NCBI GenBank assembly: GCA_041497995.1 | Contig: JBGQHM010000001.1 | Span: 1-61,470 of the forward strand | Direction of reading: 5' to 3' | Source of the DNA: Candidatus Binatia bacterium | GTDB taxonomy: Bacteria; Desulfobacterota; Binatia; HRBIN30 | Length of the DNA stretch: 61,470 nucleotides | Part shown: piece after piece, positions 42,052 through 53,517 of the stretch | Numbering within the stretch: the stretch's first letter is position 1 | How the letters are laid out: the number at the start of each line of letters is the position of its first letter | Program-made: the position numbers and the translations under genes | The notes under the pieces: generated by a model | What the model was told of the DNA's origin: nothing | What the model saw: only the letters and a program-made list of their open reading frames with translations | The model's database searches: none

Positions 42052-43013
42052 CAGTGCTCCGCCGCCTCGCGGGTGAGCAGCCAGCGGAAGTAGTTGAAGT
42101 GGATGCGCCAGCTCGATGCGCCGTAGCCACCGGCGGTGACCACGACCATCGGGATGCCGCGATCCGATACCTCGTGGGTGACGAGTTGGTCGCGGGTGAG
42201 CATGCCCGCTTCACTGATGTCGAAGTCGCCGAGTGTATCATCGACGAACGGGTCACTCCCCGCCACGTAGAAGGCCACATCGGGTTGGAATACGCGGACG
42301 ATGGCTGGCAGATGCTGCCGCAGGGCATCGAGATAGGCGGCGTCGGCGGTGTGCGACGGCAGCTCGACGTCGCGATTGTTGCGTTTGGTGATCCAGCACC
42401 AGTTGCCGGCATGGAGGGAGAACGTGAAGACCGATTCGTCTGCGGCGAAGATCTCGGCGTTGCCGTTGCCGTGGTGGTAGTCGAGGTCGACGATCAGGGC
42501 GCGTTCGATCTGACGACTGCGCTGCAGCCCGCGGATGGCGATGGCAACATCGGCGATCGCGCAAAAGCCGTCGGCACGGTCCGCTTGCGCGTGATGGAAG
42601 CCGCCGCCAAGGTTGACCGCCAGCGCGTGTTGGCTCATGGCCAGCCGTGCGGCGGCAATTGTTCCGCCGGTAGCAAAGAGAAACGGTTCCAACAGGTGCT
42701 CGTCCCATGGATGCGCCGGATCGAGGAACAGCAGCCGCGCCAGCACTTCCGGCCGGCGGATCTGCGCCAGGTACGGGGGCGTGTGCACCAGCAGCAGTTC
42801 CTCCTCGGTCACGGCCGCCGGGGAAGCGAAGTCCACAGCCGTTGCCGCATGCGCCGTGATGAGGCCGTCGCGGATGCGCCGCGGCTTCTGGACATCGAAG
42901 GTATGGCGGATGCCGGCTTCGAGGATGTCGTAGACGTACTCGTCGCGGTAGAACAGCGCGGGCCGGCGGTGCGGGCAATTCATACATCGGAACGGAGGCA
43001 ACTTCCCGGCCAC
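42051..43013 (-). CDS. histone deacetylase / acetoin-utilisation (AcuC) / acetylpolyamine amidohydrolase family protein
   Basis: GGFHHAQADRADGFC and DLDYHHGNG (Zn/catalytic motifs of the arginase-deacetylase fold). The ATG at 42983 is an alternative start. Confidence 0.85.
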   Translation of the reverse strand: MAGKLPPFRCMNCPHRRPALFYRDEYVYDILEAGIRHTFDVQKPRRIRDGLITAHAATAVDFASPAAVTEEELLLVHTPPYLAQIRRPEVLARLLFLDPAHPWDEHLLEPFLFATGGTIAAARLAMSQHALAVNLGGGFHHAQADRADGFCAIADVAIAIRGLQRSRQIERALIVDLDYHHGNGNAEIFAADESVFTFSLHAGNWCWITKRNNRDVELPSHTADAAYLDALRQHLPAIVRVFQPDVAFYVAGSDPFVDDTLGDFDISEAGMLTRDQLVTHEVSDRGIPMVVVTAGGYGASSWRIHFNYFRWLLTREAAEH

Positions 43014-43163
43014 TCACCCCGATTCGCAGAGTGTGCGATGCGCGGCCTGCCGATTCCCGAACTTGCGATAGCCGCACCGCGATGCCTCCTGTATCTGAAC
43101 ACGCCCGTGGGCTTGGCCAAGCGCTTGCTCCAGACAATGCCGAGGAAAGCGAGGCGCACTGAG

Positions 43164-43568
43164 ATGGAATCGACACTACCAACTGGCGGATTCTTTCGAG
43201 TCGAGGAGCTGCCGTCGAAAGGAATGGTTGCCGGCGTGCAAGTCCGGTCCGTCCACCTGGCGGACCTAATGATGACCTTTGTCGAGTACCCGGAGGGCGC
43301 CACGGTGCCGATGCATCACCACCCGTACGAGCAGATTACCTACGTGCTGGAAGGGCAGCTCGAGGTCCGCCTGGGGGGCGAGACGCGCGTGCTCGGGCCG
43401 GGGGAAGGCGTACAGGTTCCGGCCAACATGGAGCACAGCTCCCGGCCGATCGCTGGACCGGCCAAAGTGCTGGATGCGTGGACCCCGGTACCCAAGATGT
43501 TCAAGGTGAAGCCGCCGATCAGCGGCGTAGGAAAGGGTGTGGTGCTGGATGATGAGAGCGTCGCGTGA
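43164..43568 (+). CDS. cupin domain protein
   Basis: VEYPEGATVPMHHHPYEQITYVLEGQLEVRLGGE...GEGVQVPANMEHS, i.e. the two cupin motifs. It is embedded in the 3' end of a long spurious ORF. Confidence 0.75.
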   Translation: MESTLPTGGFFRVEELPSKGMVAGVQVRSVHLADLMMTFVEYPEGATVPMHHHPYEQITYVLEGQLEVRLGGETRVLGPGEGVQVPANMEHSSRPIAGPAKVLDAWTPVPKMFKVKPPISGVGKGVVLDDESVA

Positions 43569-43603
43569 GCTCGCGGGGTCTGCGGCTGGCATCTCTACAG
43601 TCC

Positions 43604-44287
43604 CTACGCGCGTCTCCTCAAGTGGCGTGCGAACCAATCGCTAGCCAGCCGGGCGACCTGTTCCAGTGTCCCCGGCTCCTCGAAGAGATGGCTTGCTCCC
43701 GGAACGATGGCCAGCCGGCGCTCGCAACTCAGCCGTTCATAGGCTTCCTCATTGAGGCGAATCACCGTGGTATCGTCCCCGCCCACGATGAGCAGGGTGG
43801 GCGCCTTCACCATGGGTAGTGCAGCGGTTGCCAAGTCGGGGCGGCCGCCGCGCGATACGACTGCGCCGATCGTCGCGTCGTCGGCGGCGGCACTCAATGT
43901 TGCAGCGGCGCCGGTGCTGGCCCCGAAATAACCGATGCGTAGGTGGTTGGTCCGCGGATTCTGATGAATCCACTTCGTCGCAGCCAGGAGGCGTTGGGTG
44001 AGCAAGTGAATATCGAAAACCTTGGCTCGATCGTCCGCTTCGCGTGCGGTGAGCAAATCGAAGAGTAATGTCGCCGTTCCAGCGTCACGTAAGACGCTTG
44101 CCACATAGTTGTTGCGCGGGCTCAGCCGGCTGCTGCCGCTGCCGTGTGCAAAGAGAACAATGCCTTCAGCGTGTTTGGGCACGCGCAGCTCTCCTTCAAG
44201 TTGAATCGAATCGGTCGCAATGCGGACCGGCATATCGAACCCACCGTTCTGAGATTCACGCCCTATCGTTGGGTACGATCGATTCAT
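43604..44287 (-). CDS. dienelactone hydrolase-family alpha/beta hydrolase
   Basis: GAGGAG lies 7 nt upstream of the ATG at 44287. Motifs GIVLFAHGSGSSRLSPRN, nucleophile elbow GYFGASTGA, LLIVGGDD, GASHLFEEPG. Confidence 0.8.
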   Translation of the reverse strand: MNRSYPTIGRESQNGGFDMPVRIATDSIQLEGELRVPKHAEGIVLFAHGSGSSRLSPRNNYVASVLRDAGTATLLFDLLTAREADDRAKVFDIHLLTQRLLAATKWIHQNPRTNHLRIGYFGASTGAAATLSAAADDATIGAVVSRGGRPDLATAALPMVKAPTLLIVGGDDTTVIRLNEEAYERLSCERRLAIVPGASHLFEEPGTLEQVARLASDWFARHLRRRA

Positions 44288-44317
44288 CGGGCCACTCCTC
44301 ACACGATCTGTCCCGTG

Positions 44318-44569
44318 TCAAACTTCGCCACACTTCGGGGCGAGGTAGGTCAGACAGTCCTCGAGCGTCGACAGCTTTGGATAGTCCACCTCGGGGATGT
44401 CGAAACCGGTCGCTGCATGAATCCCGACGATGAAGTTGAGAAAGTCCACGGAATCGAGATCGCATTGATCGCGCAGACTGGCGCGCGGGGCGATCGTTGT
44501 AAGATCGACCTCGGGCGCAACGGCGGCCAGCGCTTCGAGCACCACCCGACGCAGGTCGTCACGGGTCAT
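44318..44569 (-). CDS. acyl carrier protein-like (phosphopantetheine attachment) protein
   Basis: 83 aa. [33 protein letters not shown] matches the ACP helix II (D-S-hydrophobic) pattern. The ATG shares an ATGA with the E2 stop. Confidence 0.75.
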   Translation of the reverse strand: MTRDDLRRVVLEALAAVAPEVDLTTIAPRASLRDQCDLDSVDFLNFIVGIHAATGFDIPEVDYPKLSTLEDCLTYLAPKCGEV

Positions 44570-45771
44570 AGCTTGTCCGGCTCCTGCACCAAGCGATCGA
44601 TCGCGGCGAGAAACAACCCGCCGCGGTGACCGTCGCTGGCGCGGTGATCAGCAGACAGCGTCGCATTGATCACGGGGTGGACCCCCACCATTCCCTGTGA
44701 CGCCCAAGGCTGCTCGACGATCTTGCCGAAACCGACCAGCGCGACTTGCGGTGGGTAGATGACGCCGAACACCGTCTGGACGCCCTGCTCGCCGAGGTTG
44801 GTCACGGTGATGGTGGCATCGGCAATTTCCGAGCTGCGCATCACTCCGGCACGGGCGCGCTTCACGAGGTCGAGCAAACTCTGCATCAGCTCGTCGAGAT
44901 TCTTCGTGTCGACATCGTGAATCGCCGGGGCGACCAACCCGCCGGTGCGCAGAGAGATGCCCACGCCGATGTGCACGCCCGAGCCCGACTGGAAAGCGCC
45001 GTCGATCCAGTAGCCGTTCATCTCGGGCACCTGACGCACCGCCAGCGCGACGGCGCGCAGCAGGAGCACCGAGTACAGCAGGCGGCTGGCCACCGGCCGC
45101 TTGAGATTCTCCGCAGCCAACCACGCCAGCGCACGGCTCATGTCGATCTGCGTCGCCAGATAGTAGTGCGGAATCTCGCGCTTCGAGCGGGCCATGGCGG
45201 CGCCGATCGCCCGCCGGATGGCCGCCCCCTGATTTGCTGTGGGCACTGGCGGCGGCGCATGCGGTGCGACCGGCGGCGGCTGCACCAGGCCTGCTGCGCG
45301 CTCTACGTCGGCGACCGTCACGGCGCCGGATTCACCGGTTCCGCTCAGTGTTCCAGGATCGAGACCCAGCTCTTCCGCTCGCTTGCGCGCTCGCGGCGAT
45401 ACCTGTGCACGCGCCCGCGGCGCGGACGGCGGAGGCAATCGCGCGGCGGCCGGCTTTTCCGCAGTGGGCGGCGGCGACGGCACTCGCCGCTCCTCCGTCA
45501 CAAGGGGCACAGGGGAAGGTGGGAGAACGGTCGTCGTCTCGCTGCGGATGCGGGCAAGGACCGTTCCGACCGGGACCTTTGCTCCTTCTTGCACGAGAAT
45601 CGCCTCCACGACGCCGCTCTCGAAAATTTCCACTTCGATGAGACCCTTCTCCGTCTCGACCGCAGCGACGATGTCGCCGCGCTTCACGGCTGCGCCGATG
45701 TCGACTCGCCATTCGACCAGCGTGCCGGCTTCCATGTCGGCACCGAGCGAGGGCATGCGGAATTCACCCAC
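44566..45771 (-). CDS. 2-oxoacid dehydrogenase E2 (dihydrolipoamide acyltransferase)
   Basis: Lipoyl domain ([18 protein letters not shown]...[11 protein letters not shown]). Pro/Ala linker. E1/E3-binding domain ([15 protein letters not shown]...[14 protein letters not shown]). Catalytic domain with SADHRASDG. Confidence 0.9.
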   Translation of the reverse strand: MGEFRMPSLGADMEAGTLVEWRVDIGAAVKRGDIVAAVETEKGLIEVEIFESGVVEAILVQEGAKVPVGTVLARIRSETTTVLPPSPVPLVTEERRVPSPPPTAEKPAAARLPPPSAPRARAQVSPRARKRAEELGLDPGTLSGTGESGAVTVADVERAAGLVQPPPVAPHAPPPVPTANQGAAIRRAIGAAMARSKREIPHYYLATQIDMSRALAWLAAENLKRPVASRLLYSVLLLRAVALAVRQVPEMNGYWIDGAFQSGSGVHIGVGISLRTGGLVAPAIHDVDTKNLDELMQSLLDLVKRARAGVMRSSEIADATITVTNLGEQGVQTVFGVIYPPQVALVGFGKIVEQPWASQGMVGVHPVINATLSADHRASDGHRGGLFLAAIDRLVQEPDKL

Positions 45772-46765
45772 GACCGGTCACCACACGTCTCGCTGCCGCA
45801 ACGATGCCCGCCGGCTGAGGAAGAGCGGAATCTTCAAGATGCTTCGCGTAGGGCATCGGCACCTCGGCGCTGCAGACACGAGCCACCGGCGCGTCGAGCT
45901 CGTAGAATGCGTGCTCCATGATTCGCGCCATGATTTCGGCCGAGATGCTGCCGCTCTGCCAGCCTTCGTCGACGATTACAGCGCGGTGCGTGCGCGAGAC
46001 CGAGTCGATGATCGTCTTCTCGTCCAGCGGGCGAAGGGTGCGTAGATCCACGACCTCGGCGTCAATGCCTTCCGCCGCCAGAGAATCCGCCGCCTGCAGC
46101 GTCTTGCCGAGTGTCCCGCCGTAGGTGATGAGACTCAGGTCACGGCCCGGACGGCGCACGACGGCGGTGGTGATGTCGACCGCTCCGGCATCGGCCGCCA
46201 GCTCGCCTTCCATGTTGTACAGCGAGCCGTGCTCGAACATGAGCACGGGGTCCGGGTCTTGGAGCGCGGTCCACAACATCCCACGGGCGTCATCGATTGT
46301 GGCCGGTGTCAGGACCTTGATTCCCGGGATGTGTGCGTACCAGCCCTCGAGGCTGTGCGAGTGCTGCGCGGCCAGCTGGCGCCCCGCACCGGTGGTCATG
46401 CGGATGACCAGCGGAATGTTGAACTGTCCGCCGGACATGTGGAGGATCGTGGCCGCGTTGTTGAGGATCTGGTCGAGGGCGAGCAGGCTGAAGTTGACGG
46501 TCATGATCTCCACGATCGGGCGCATCCCTCCCAGCGCGGCACCGATCCCGGCGCCGACGAACGCACATTCGGACAGCGGCGTGTCGCGAATCCGCTCCGG
46601 CCCGAACTCCTCAAGCAGCCCCTTGCTCACTGCAAAGCAGCCGCCGTAGCGGCCGATGTCTTCGCCCATCAGAAAGACGCGCTCGTCACGCTGCATCGCC
46701 TCGCGGATCGCCGCGCGAATTGCCTCGCGGTAGGTGGTCTTGATCCTCGGTGGTTCGGCGGTCAT
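45764..46765 (-). CDS. 2-oxoacid (pyruvate/acetoin-type) dehydrogenase E1 beta subunit
   Basis: [53 protein letters not shown]. The ATG shares an ATGA with the E1alpha stop. Confidence 0.9.
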   Translation of the reverse strand: MTAEPPRIKTTYREAIRAAIREAMQRDERVFLMGEDIGRYGGCFAVSKGLLEEFGPERIRDTPLSECAFVGAGIGAALGGMRPIVEIMTVNFSLLALDQILNNAATILHMSGGQFNIPLVIRMTTGAGRQLAAQHSHSLEGWYAHIPGIKVLTPATIDDARGMLWTALQDPDPVLMFEHGSLYNMEGELAADAGAVDITTAVVRRPGRDLSLITYGGTLGKTLQAADSLAAEGIDAEVVDLRTLRPLDEKTIIDSVSRTHRAVIVDEGWQSGSISAEIMARIMEHAFYELDAPVARVCSAEVPMPYAKHLEDSALPQPAGIVAAARRVVTGRG

Positions 46766-47753
46766 GAGGGTGACGGCTCCGAGTAGACAAAGCGCGTGAG
46801 GTCCTCGACCGGCTCCCAGGTCCCGGCCTCCGCGAAGTCGACCGCCTGCGCGATCTCCGCCGCAACTTGCTCGTCGATGCGCGCGAGGTCGTCGTCCGTA
46901 AGCAAGCCGTGTTCTTTCAACAGGGCGGAGAAATTGGAGATGGGGTCCCGCTTCTTCCATTCCTCCACCTCGCGCTTGTCGCGGTAGAGCTCGGGATCGT
47001 ACATCGAGTGCGCGCGGAAGCGATAGGTCCGGAACTCGAGGAAATGTGGTCCGGCGCCGCCCCGAATTGCGTCGGCTGCGCGGCGCGTGGCGTCTTGCAC
47101 CGCGAGCACGTCCATACCGTCCACCGGCCACGCCGCCACTTCGAAGCTCGCCGCCTTCAAGGACAGGTCTGTCTCCGATTCCGAACGGGCCAGCGCGGTC
47201 CCCATCGCGTAGAGATTGTTCTCGCAACAAAACAGTATCGGCAGGTTCCACAGCGCCGCGAGATTCATCGACTCGTGGAAGACTCCTTCGGCGACCGCCC
47301 CTTCGCCGAAGAAGCAGGCCGTCAGCCGATTGTGCGCCTGCATCTTGTCGGCAAGCGCCAACCCCACCGCCAACGGCAACCCGCCACCGACGATGGCGTT
47401 GCCGCCGTAAAACCGCGTGCGCTTGTCGAACAGGTGCATCGAGCCACCGCGGCCGCGACTACAGCCTTCGCGCTTGCCGTACATCTCGGCCATGATGGAG
47501 GCGGCCGACACGCCGCGCAGGAGCGCGTGCCCGTGCTCGCGATACGTGGCGACGACGGCATCGTCCGGTTGCAGCGCTTGCATCGCGCCCACCGCCACCG
47601 CCTCCTGGCCAATGTAGAGATGGAGAAACCCGCGGATCTTGGCGGCGCTGTAGAGCTCCACGCACCGTTCCTCGAAGCGGCGCACGCGCACCATCTCGCG
47701 CAGGAGCTGGAGCGCATGCTCGCGCCCGGGGAGAGCGGTGGGAGGCGGGCGCA

Positions 47754-47757
<4 letters not shown>
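46762..47757 (-). CDS. 2-oxoacid dehydrogenase E1 alpha subunit (TPP-binding)
   Basis: [36 protein letters not shown] and the TPP motif [33 protein letters not shown]. The ATG shares an ATGA with the ligase stop. Confidence 0.9.
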
Positions 47758-49526
<1,769 letters not shown>

Positions 49527-49549
49527 AGAATCCGCGATCGGAATGAATC

Positions 49550-49708
49550 TCAGCGTCCGCGCCACATCACGATCATGGCCGTCAGGGTACTGAGAACGAG
49601 GAGCGAGCCGAAGAATACGGATCGCCATGACAATCGCTGTCGGCGCATTTCCATCGCCACGAGAATCGTGAGAACAACAGCCCCGCTTTCCAGCGCCAGG
49701 AAGCTCAT
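49550..49708 (-). CDS. possible 52-aa two-TM small membrane protein
   Basis: Hand translation gives [52 protein letters not shown]. It is below the ORF-track cutoff and ends 24 nt before the ligase ATG. No good SD. Confidence 0.3.
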   Translation of the reverse strand: MSFLALESGAVVLTILVAMEMRRQRLSWRSVFFGSLLVLSTLTAMIVMWRGR

Positions 49709-50078
49709 TTGTCGTACTTGGGGTCAGCCTGCATGCGTCGATGGGCCATGGCGCCGTTGACTTGGTGCAACTTGTTGGCCATCGGCTCTGTCTCGATGAG
49801 CGGTGCCTATCGGCAACCGTCGTCTCAAGTCTGGGAGAGTCGTCCTCGAAATATCGTACTTTTCGACGGGGACATCAGGGTCATCAAAGAGCCGAGCCCG
49901 TGGAGTTCCCTTGAGCGAGCGTCGATACCCTGATGCGAGAGCCCCGCGCACCTGGCTCGTCGCCACTATCGCTTGGCGCGGAGGCGATTGACGGGGCGCT
50001 CGCCCGGATCACTAGCCGTGATTGCAATTGCGGAGGCCGAGGGCAACGTGATCATCCAGCAGTCCGCATTGCGGCACT

Positions 50079-50510
50079 TCAATCGGATTTGCGTTGCCGC
50101 CGCGGCGCCTGCTCTTGTATCGAGAGTAGGTAGGCAACGATTGCATTGATGCGTTCGTGGACCTGTCCCTCACGTTCGGTGCCCTTTGCCGAAAGATCCT
50201 CGAATCGCTCTCCCCACACCGGCATCTCGCGTTCGCCGTGGGCTGGGACGACCTCACGGCCGTCAATGTAGCGGGCGATGCGCTCGCCAAGTAGGTGATC
50301 GCGAGTGTGCCGGCCAAGGTGTCTCAGATCAGGCGGTCGTCGCGTCAGGGCACGCGCGACATATCCCTTCCCGTCTGCTTCAACCCCATGGCACGATGCG
50401 CAATAGCGCATGAAATAGGCCCGCCCCTCGTCGGACTGGTCAGCCAACACGGACGTGTACAGATTGACCAGAACGAGCATGGTTACCATCCCGAAGCGGA
50501 TTGCCATCAT
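50079..50510 (-). CDS. monoheme c-type cytochrome
   Basis: Start MMAIRFGMVTMLVLVNLYTSVLA (signal/anchor). One CASCH motif and a distal Met candidate (EREMPVWG). Confidence 0.75.
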   Translation of the reverse strand: MMAIRFGMVTMLVLVNLYTSVLADQSDEGRAYFMRYCASCHGVEADGKGYVARALTRRPPDLRHLGRHTRDHLLGERIARYIDGREVVPAHGEREMPVWGERFEDLSAKGTEREGQVHERINAIVAYLLSIQEQAPRRQRKSD

Positions 50511-50852
50511 GCCGTCACCCCCCTTTGTGCCCGCACCTATCACGGCAGTCAGCGACGGGGCAAATGTGCAGCGCGATTGGCGCAACACCGGTACGAGCGC
50601 TCTCTCCACTGCGTTCCTGGGAACGTGAGCTCGAGCGAATGCTTGAAGATTTCCCGTTCTTCGGCAGCGTATTCTGAACGTGGTAGAGCACGCGCAGCTC
50701 ACTCAGCCCGAGCGCCGGCCGGTCTCGGCGGCGCACGACGGAAACGTTCTCGAGGTTTGACCACCTCCCAGAAGCTCGCGCACCGCGTCGTGCGCGAGCT
50801 GCAGCAGGCCTTCCGCGGTCGTGCGAGCTACGAGTGGTCGGATGGCGGGAGC

Positions 50853-50870
50853 TTGTTTGCGGTGTGGGAG
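50853..50870. repeat. copy 1 of an 18-nt exact repeat TTGTTTGCGGTGTGGGAG
   Basis: Identical 18-mer also at 53454-53471. It lies 18 nt 3' of the minus-strand stop at 50888. Confidence 0.6.
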
Positions 50871-50887
50871 CGAGACTCCTAGCGGAG

Positions 50888-51700
50888 TCAGGTGAGCGAC
50901 AACGTCTGGCGGGCCCGGCGGGCGGCATGGGCGACATGCTCGCGCACGTCGCCGTTGCCAGTCAGCTCGAGTAGGAAGACGCCCGTATAACCGATCGCCG
51001 CCAGCTTCGACTGGACTTTCGGCCAGTCGATGATTCCATCTCCGGGCGGTAGATGATCGTCGGTATGACCCCGGTTGTCGCTTGCTTGCAAGTGGACGAG
51101 CCGCGATGCAAACCGATCCATCACCTCGAAAAGAAATCCCCCCAGGGACGTGTGCGAGGTGTCGATACAGACTCCGGTTCCCTCGCACGGCAGGGTGCGC
51201 AGCAACCCTTCCAGGTCATCGGGCTGTCCTCCCAGAAGGTGGGGGAGGGGCGTCTCGACGACCAGATCGAGGTCGCGCTCGCGGCAACGCTGCCAGAGCG
51301 TGGCGAGCCCCTCGGCGCTCCGCGCGATCCGCGTCTCGCGGTCCCACACCCAATCGTGATCTTCACCGCCAGGGTGAATCACGTAGAGCCGCCCTCCGAA
51401 GATCTGTAGGGCATCCGCAGCGTGTGTCAGACGCTCGAGTGACTGCTGCCGGAAGGCGGGATCGGGATCGGTGATGTCGATGTCATGCCCGAACGGCGCG
51501 TGCAGCGAACAGACGGTGAGACCCATCTCCCGGATCACGTGCGCGAGCTCACGCAGCCTACGCGTGTCCAACAGGTCGATGTGATCGCGAGCTGTCGCGA
51601 TCTCAATGATGCGAAAGCCCGAATCGTATATCGGTTGCAACACCGCCTCGATCGGGTGGTGGTAGGCGATACCGGTAGAGAGGCCGAGATTGTCTGTCAT
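50888..51700 (-). CDS. xylose isomerase-like TIM-barrel protein (sugar phosphate isomerase/epimerase / AP-endonuclease-2 superfamily)
   Basis: GGAGG lies 5 nt upstream. Metal-ligand pattern SLHAPF, VIHPG, VVETP, CIDTSHT, HLQASDN...DDHLPPGDGIIDW, LLEL. Confidence 0.85.
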   Translation of the reverse strand: MTDNLGLSTGIAYHHPIEAVLQPIYDSGFRIIEIATARDHIDLLDTRRLRELAHVIREMGLTVCSLHAPFGHDIDITDPDPAFRQQSLERLTHAADALQIFGGRLYVIHPGGEDHDWVWDRETRIARSAEGLATLWQRCRERDLDLVVETPLPHLLGGQPDDLEGLLRTLPCEGTGVCIDTSHTSLGGFLFEVMDRFASRLVHLQASDNRGHTDDHLPPGDGIIDWPKVQSKLAAIGYTGVFLLELTGNGDVREHVAHAARRARQTLSLT

Positions 51701-51702
51701 CG

Positions 51703-53163
51703 CTACCTCCACTCGATGGCATTCTTGTATTCGCTGAGCCTATGCGTGCATCCCGCAAGCGGGCACGCGCCGCGGGCCGCTTGGAGCTCGCAGCTGAAGT
51801 CTGGGTCGATTCCGCAGGCCATTGCTCCGCAGAACAGACGGACGTAAAAGTCGGCTCGTGCTGCCGCATCGTAGCGGTACCACATCGATCCCCACCCGAA
51901 GTCCCGTTCGTACTTCGAGCGGATGAGCCCGGCCACGGAGCGTGGATGCCACCCCATCCCCCACAGTGCCAGCGCCACCGTACGGATCCACACCGGTTGC
52001 AGCAGGGCTGGATTCGGCTGCGCGAGCGGCAGCCGCACGCACGGTGGCAGCGACCGAAGATCGAGCCGGTCGTAGGTCTGCGCCCACGTTTCCGGGGGAT
52101 CGTGCCAGCCCTGAAGGAACGCCCGATGGAATCGCGCCAGGGCTCCTCGCCGGTAATCTTCGACCCATCGGAGATCGTCACCGCGCGCATCGGGAATGAT
52201 CGTGTGGACACACTCCGCAACCCGCGTCGCTTCTGCCAGGTTCTCCCGAGTACGCAGCAGTCGAGAGAGAGGCCGTGTCCGACATGGAACATTGATCGTG
52301 AACGGCCGCGATGGCGTCAGCTCCCGGGTCTTCTGGTTGCTGCTGAACGCGCACCGAATGTTGCGCTCGAAGAGCGGATCGCCATAGGCACTCAGGTCAA
52401 GGCAGACGTATGGCCCGCCACCGGCGCGGGGAATGTCCGCGAGGACGACCGGCATCTCCGTCTTGCCCGAGAGGTTCTGAATGATCCGATGGACCAGGTA
52501 CTCGAGCAGGCGACCTGCGCCTTCGTGTGCTCGGCCCAGTTGTACCCACGCCGCACCACCGAGTCCGTTGTACTTGGAGCGAAGCGGCGCGCCGATGTCG
52601 CCGATATCGAGAATCGCCGCATGAAAGGGGGTTCCGGCCGGAATGCGTGTGCTCAGGTGATAGCCGCGACTGGTCAGCAGATCGATGGTCGGAACTCTGT
52701 AGCTTTGGAACACGCTGCATGCCTCACGATAGATCGGCTCGATGCGGGTGAAGCAGTCCTCGGGGTGAAGATGGACGTCGGCCGCGTTTTCGGGATCTGC
52801 ATAGTCGATATCCATCTGAATGAGCGTTCCGCCTCGATCGGCTAGGGAGCGACACACGTCTGCTCCATCATCAAGGAGCGTCTGAAAGTCCTCGACGCGA
52901 ACGGGCACCGGCGCGTCCTCGGGAAGGCGAAGGCCGCGTTTGCCACCGTAGCCGGCCAGCCCCAAGGCCCGGAATCCGTGTGAGTGCCCTGGATCGCCAT
53001 CGCAGTACTCCGCGATGCGGGAGCGAACCGCTGCGGACCGGTAGTACGTTGTCAGTTGGATTGCGGGCGATCCAGCGTCGTTGCTCGACCGATCCGGCTC
53101 GGTCGCGACGCAATCGTCGTGGCATGTTCGCGGATCCTGGCTTGTCAGTTCCGATTCCGTCAT
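51703..53163 (-). CDS. uncharacterised 486-aa protein with archaeo-eukaryotic primase (AEP/PriS/PrimPol)-like catalytic motifs and a C-terminal Cys cluster
   Basis: IQMDIDYAD (D118, D120), TSRGYHLST (H169), VCLDLSAY (D256) followed by ERNIRCAFSSNQK. The C-terminus is FCGAMACGIDPDFSCELQAARGACPLAGCTH. The stop is 2 nt before the TIM-barrel ATG. Confidence 0.7.
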   Translation of the reverse strand: MTESELTSQDPRTCHDDCVATEPDRSSNDAGSPAIQLTTYYRSAAVRSRIAEYCDGDPGHSHGFRALGLAGYGGKRGLRLPEDAPVPVRVEDFQTLLDDGADVCRSLADRGGTLIQMDIDYADPENAADVHLHPEDCFTRIEPIYREACSVFQSYRVPTIDLLTSRGYHLSTRIPAGTPFHAAILDIGDIGAPLRSKYNGLGGAAWVQLGRAHEGAGRLLEYLVHRIIQNLSGKTEMPVVLADIPRAGGGPYVCLDLSAYGDPLFERNIRCAFSSNQKTRELTPSRPFTINVPCRTRPLSRLLRTRENLAEATRVAECVHTIIPDARGDDLRWVEDYRRGALARFHRAFLQGWHDPPETWAQTYDRLDLRSLPPCVRLPLAQPNPALLQPVWIRTVALALWGMGWHPRSVAGLIRSKYERDFGWGSMWYRYDAAARADFYVRLFCGAMACGIDPDFSCELQAARGACPLAGCTHRLSEYKNAIEWR

Positions 53164-53453
53164 TTCCTGACTTCACGCTGCGCCACGTGCAACTTCTGCA
53201 CCTTCAGCGCGAGGCCGCAATAGACCATTTGGCACCACGCAAGCTCCGCACCAGAGCCGCGCGTTACGAACGAGCGCCCATCTTTGGAACCGTGCAGCCA
53301 CGACGACCTCTCGAATCTGAGTCCGTGTTCCTACAAATGCGTGGATGACCAGCACTGGAAGGCGAGAATGTGCTACCACCGCACCGGCGGCTTGGCAGAG
53401 CCGAGCGTGTGATGCGAGTGTCGCGCAGCGCCGACAGCGTAACTAACGTGAGG

Positions 53454-53471
53454 TTGTTTGCGGTGTGGGAG
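53454..53471. repeat. copy 2 of the 18-nt exact repeat TTGTTTGCGGTGTGGGAG
   Basis: Identical to 50853-50870. It lies 47 nt 3' of the minus-strand stop at 53518. It continues as ...GGGAGAGGG, which is shared with the REP-like hairpin at 60031-60044. Confidence 0.6.
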
Positions 53472-53517
53472 AGGGATTCGCTTCGGTCAAGAAGCTCGTC
53501 AGCGACAGCCCGAGCCT

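Noticed and set aside
53230-53245. Third sigma-54-like match (TGGCACCACGCAAGCT, correct GG-N10-GC spacing).
   Set aside because: It is on the plus strand inside a spacer flanked by two minus-strand genes, with no downstream plus-strand gene. It is probably a chance match.
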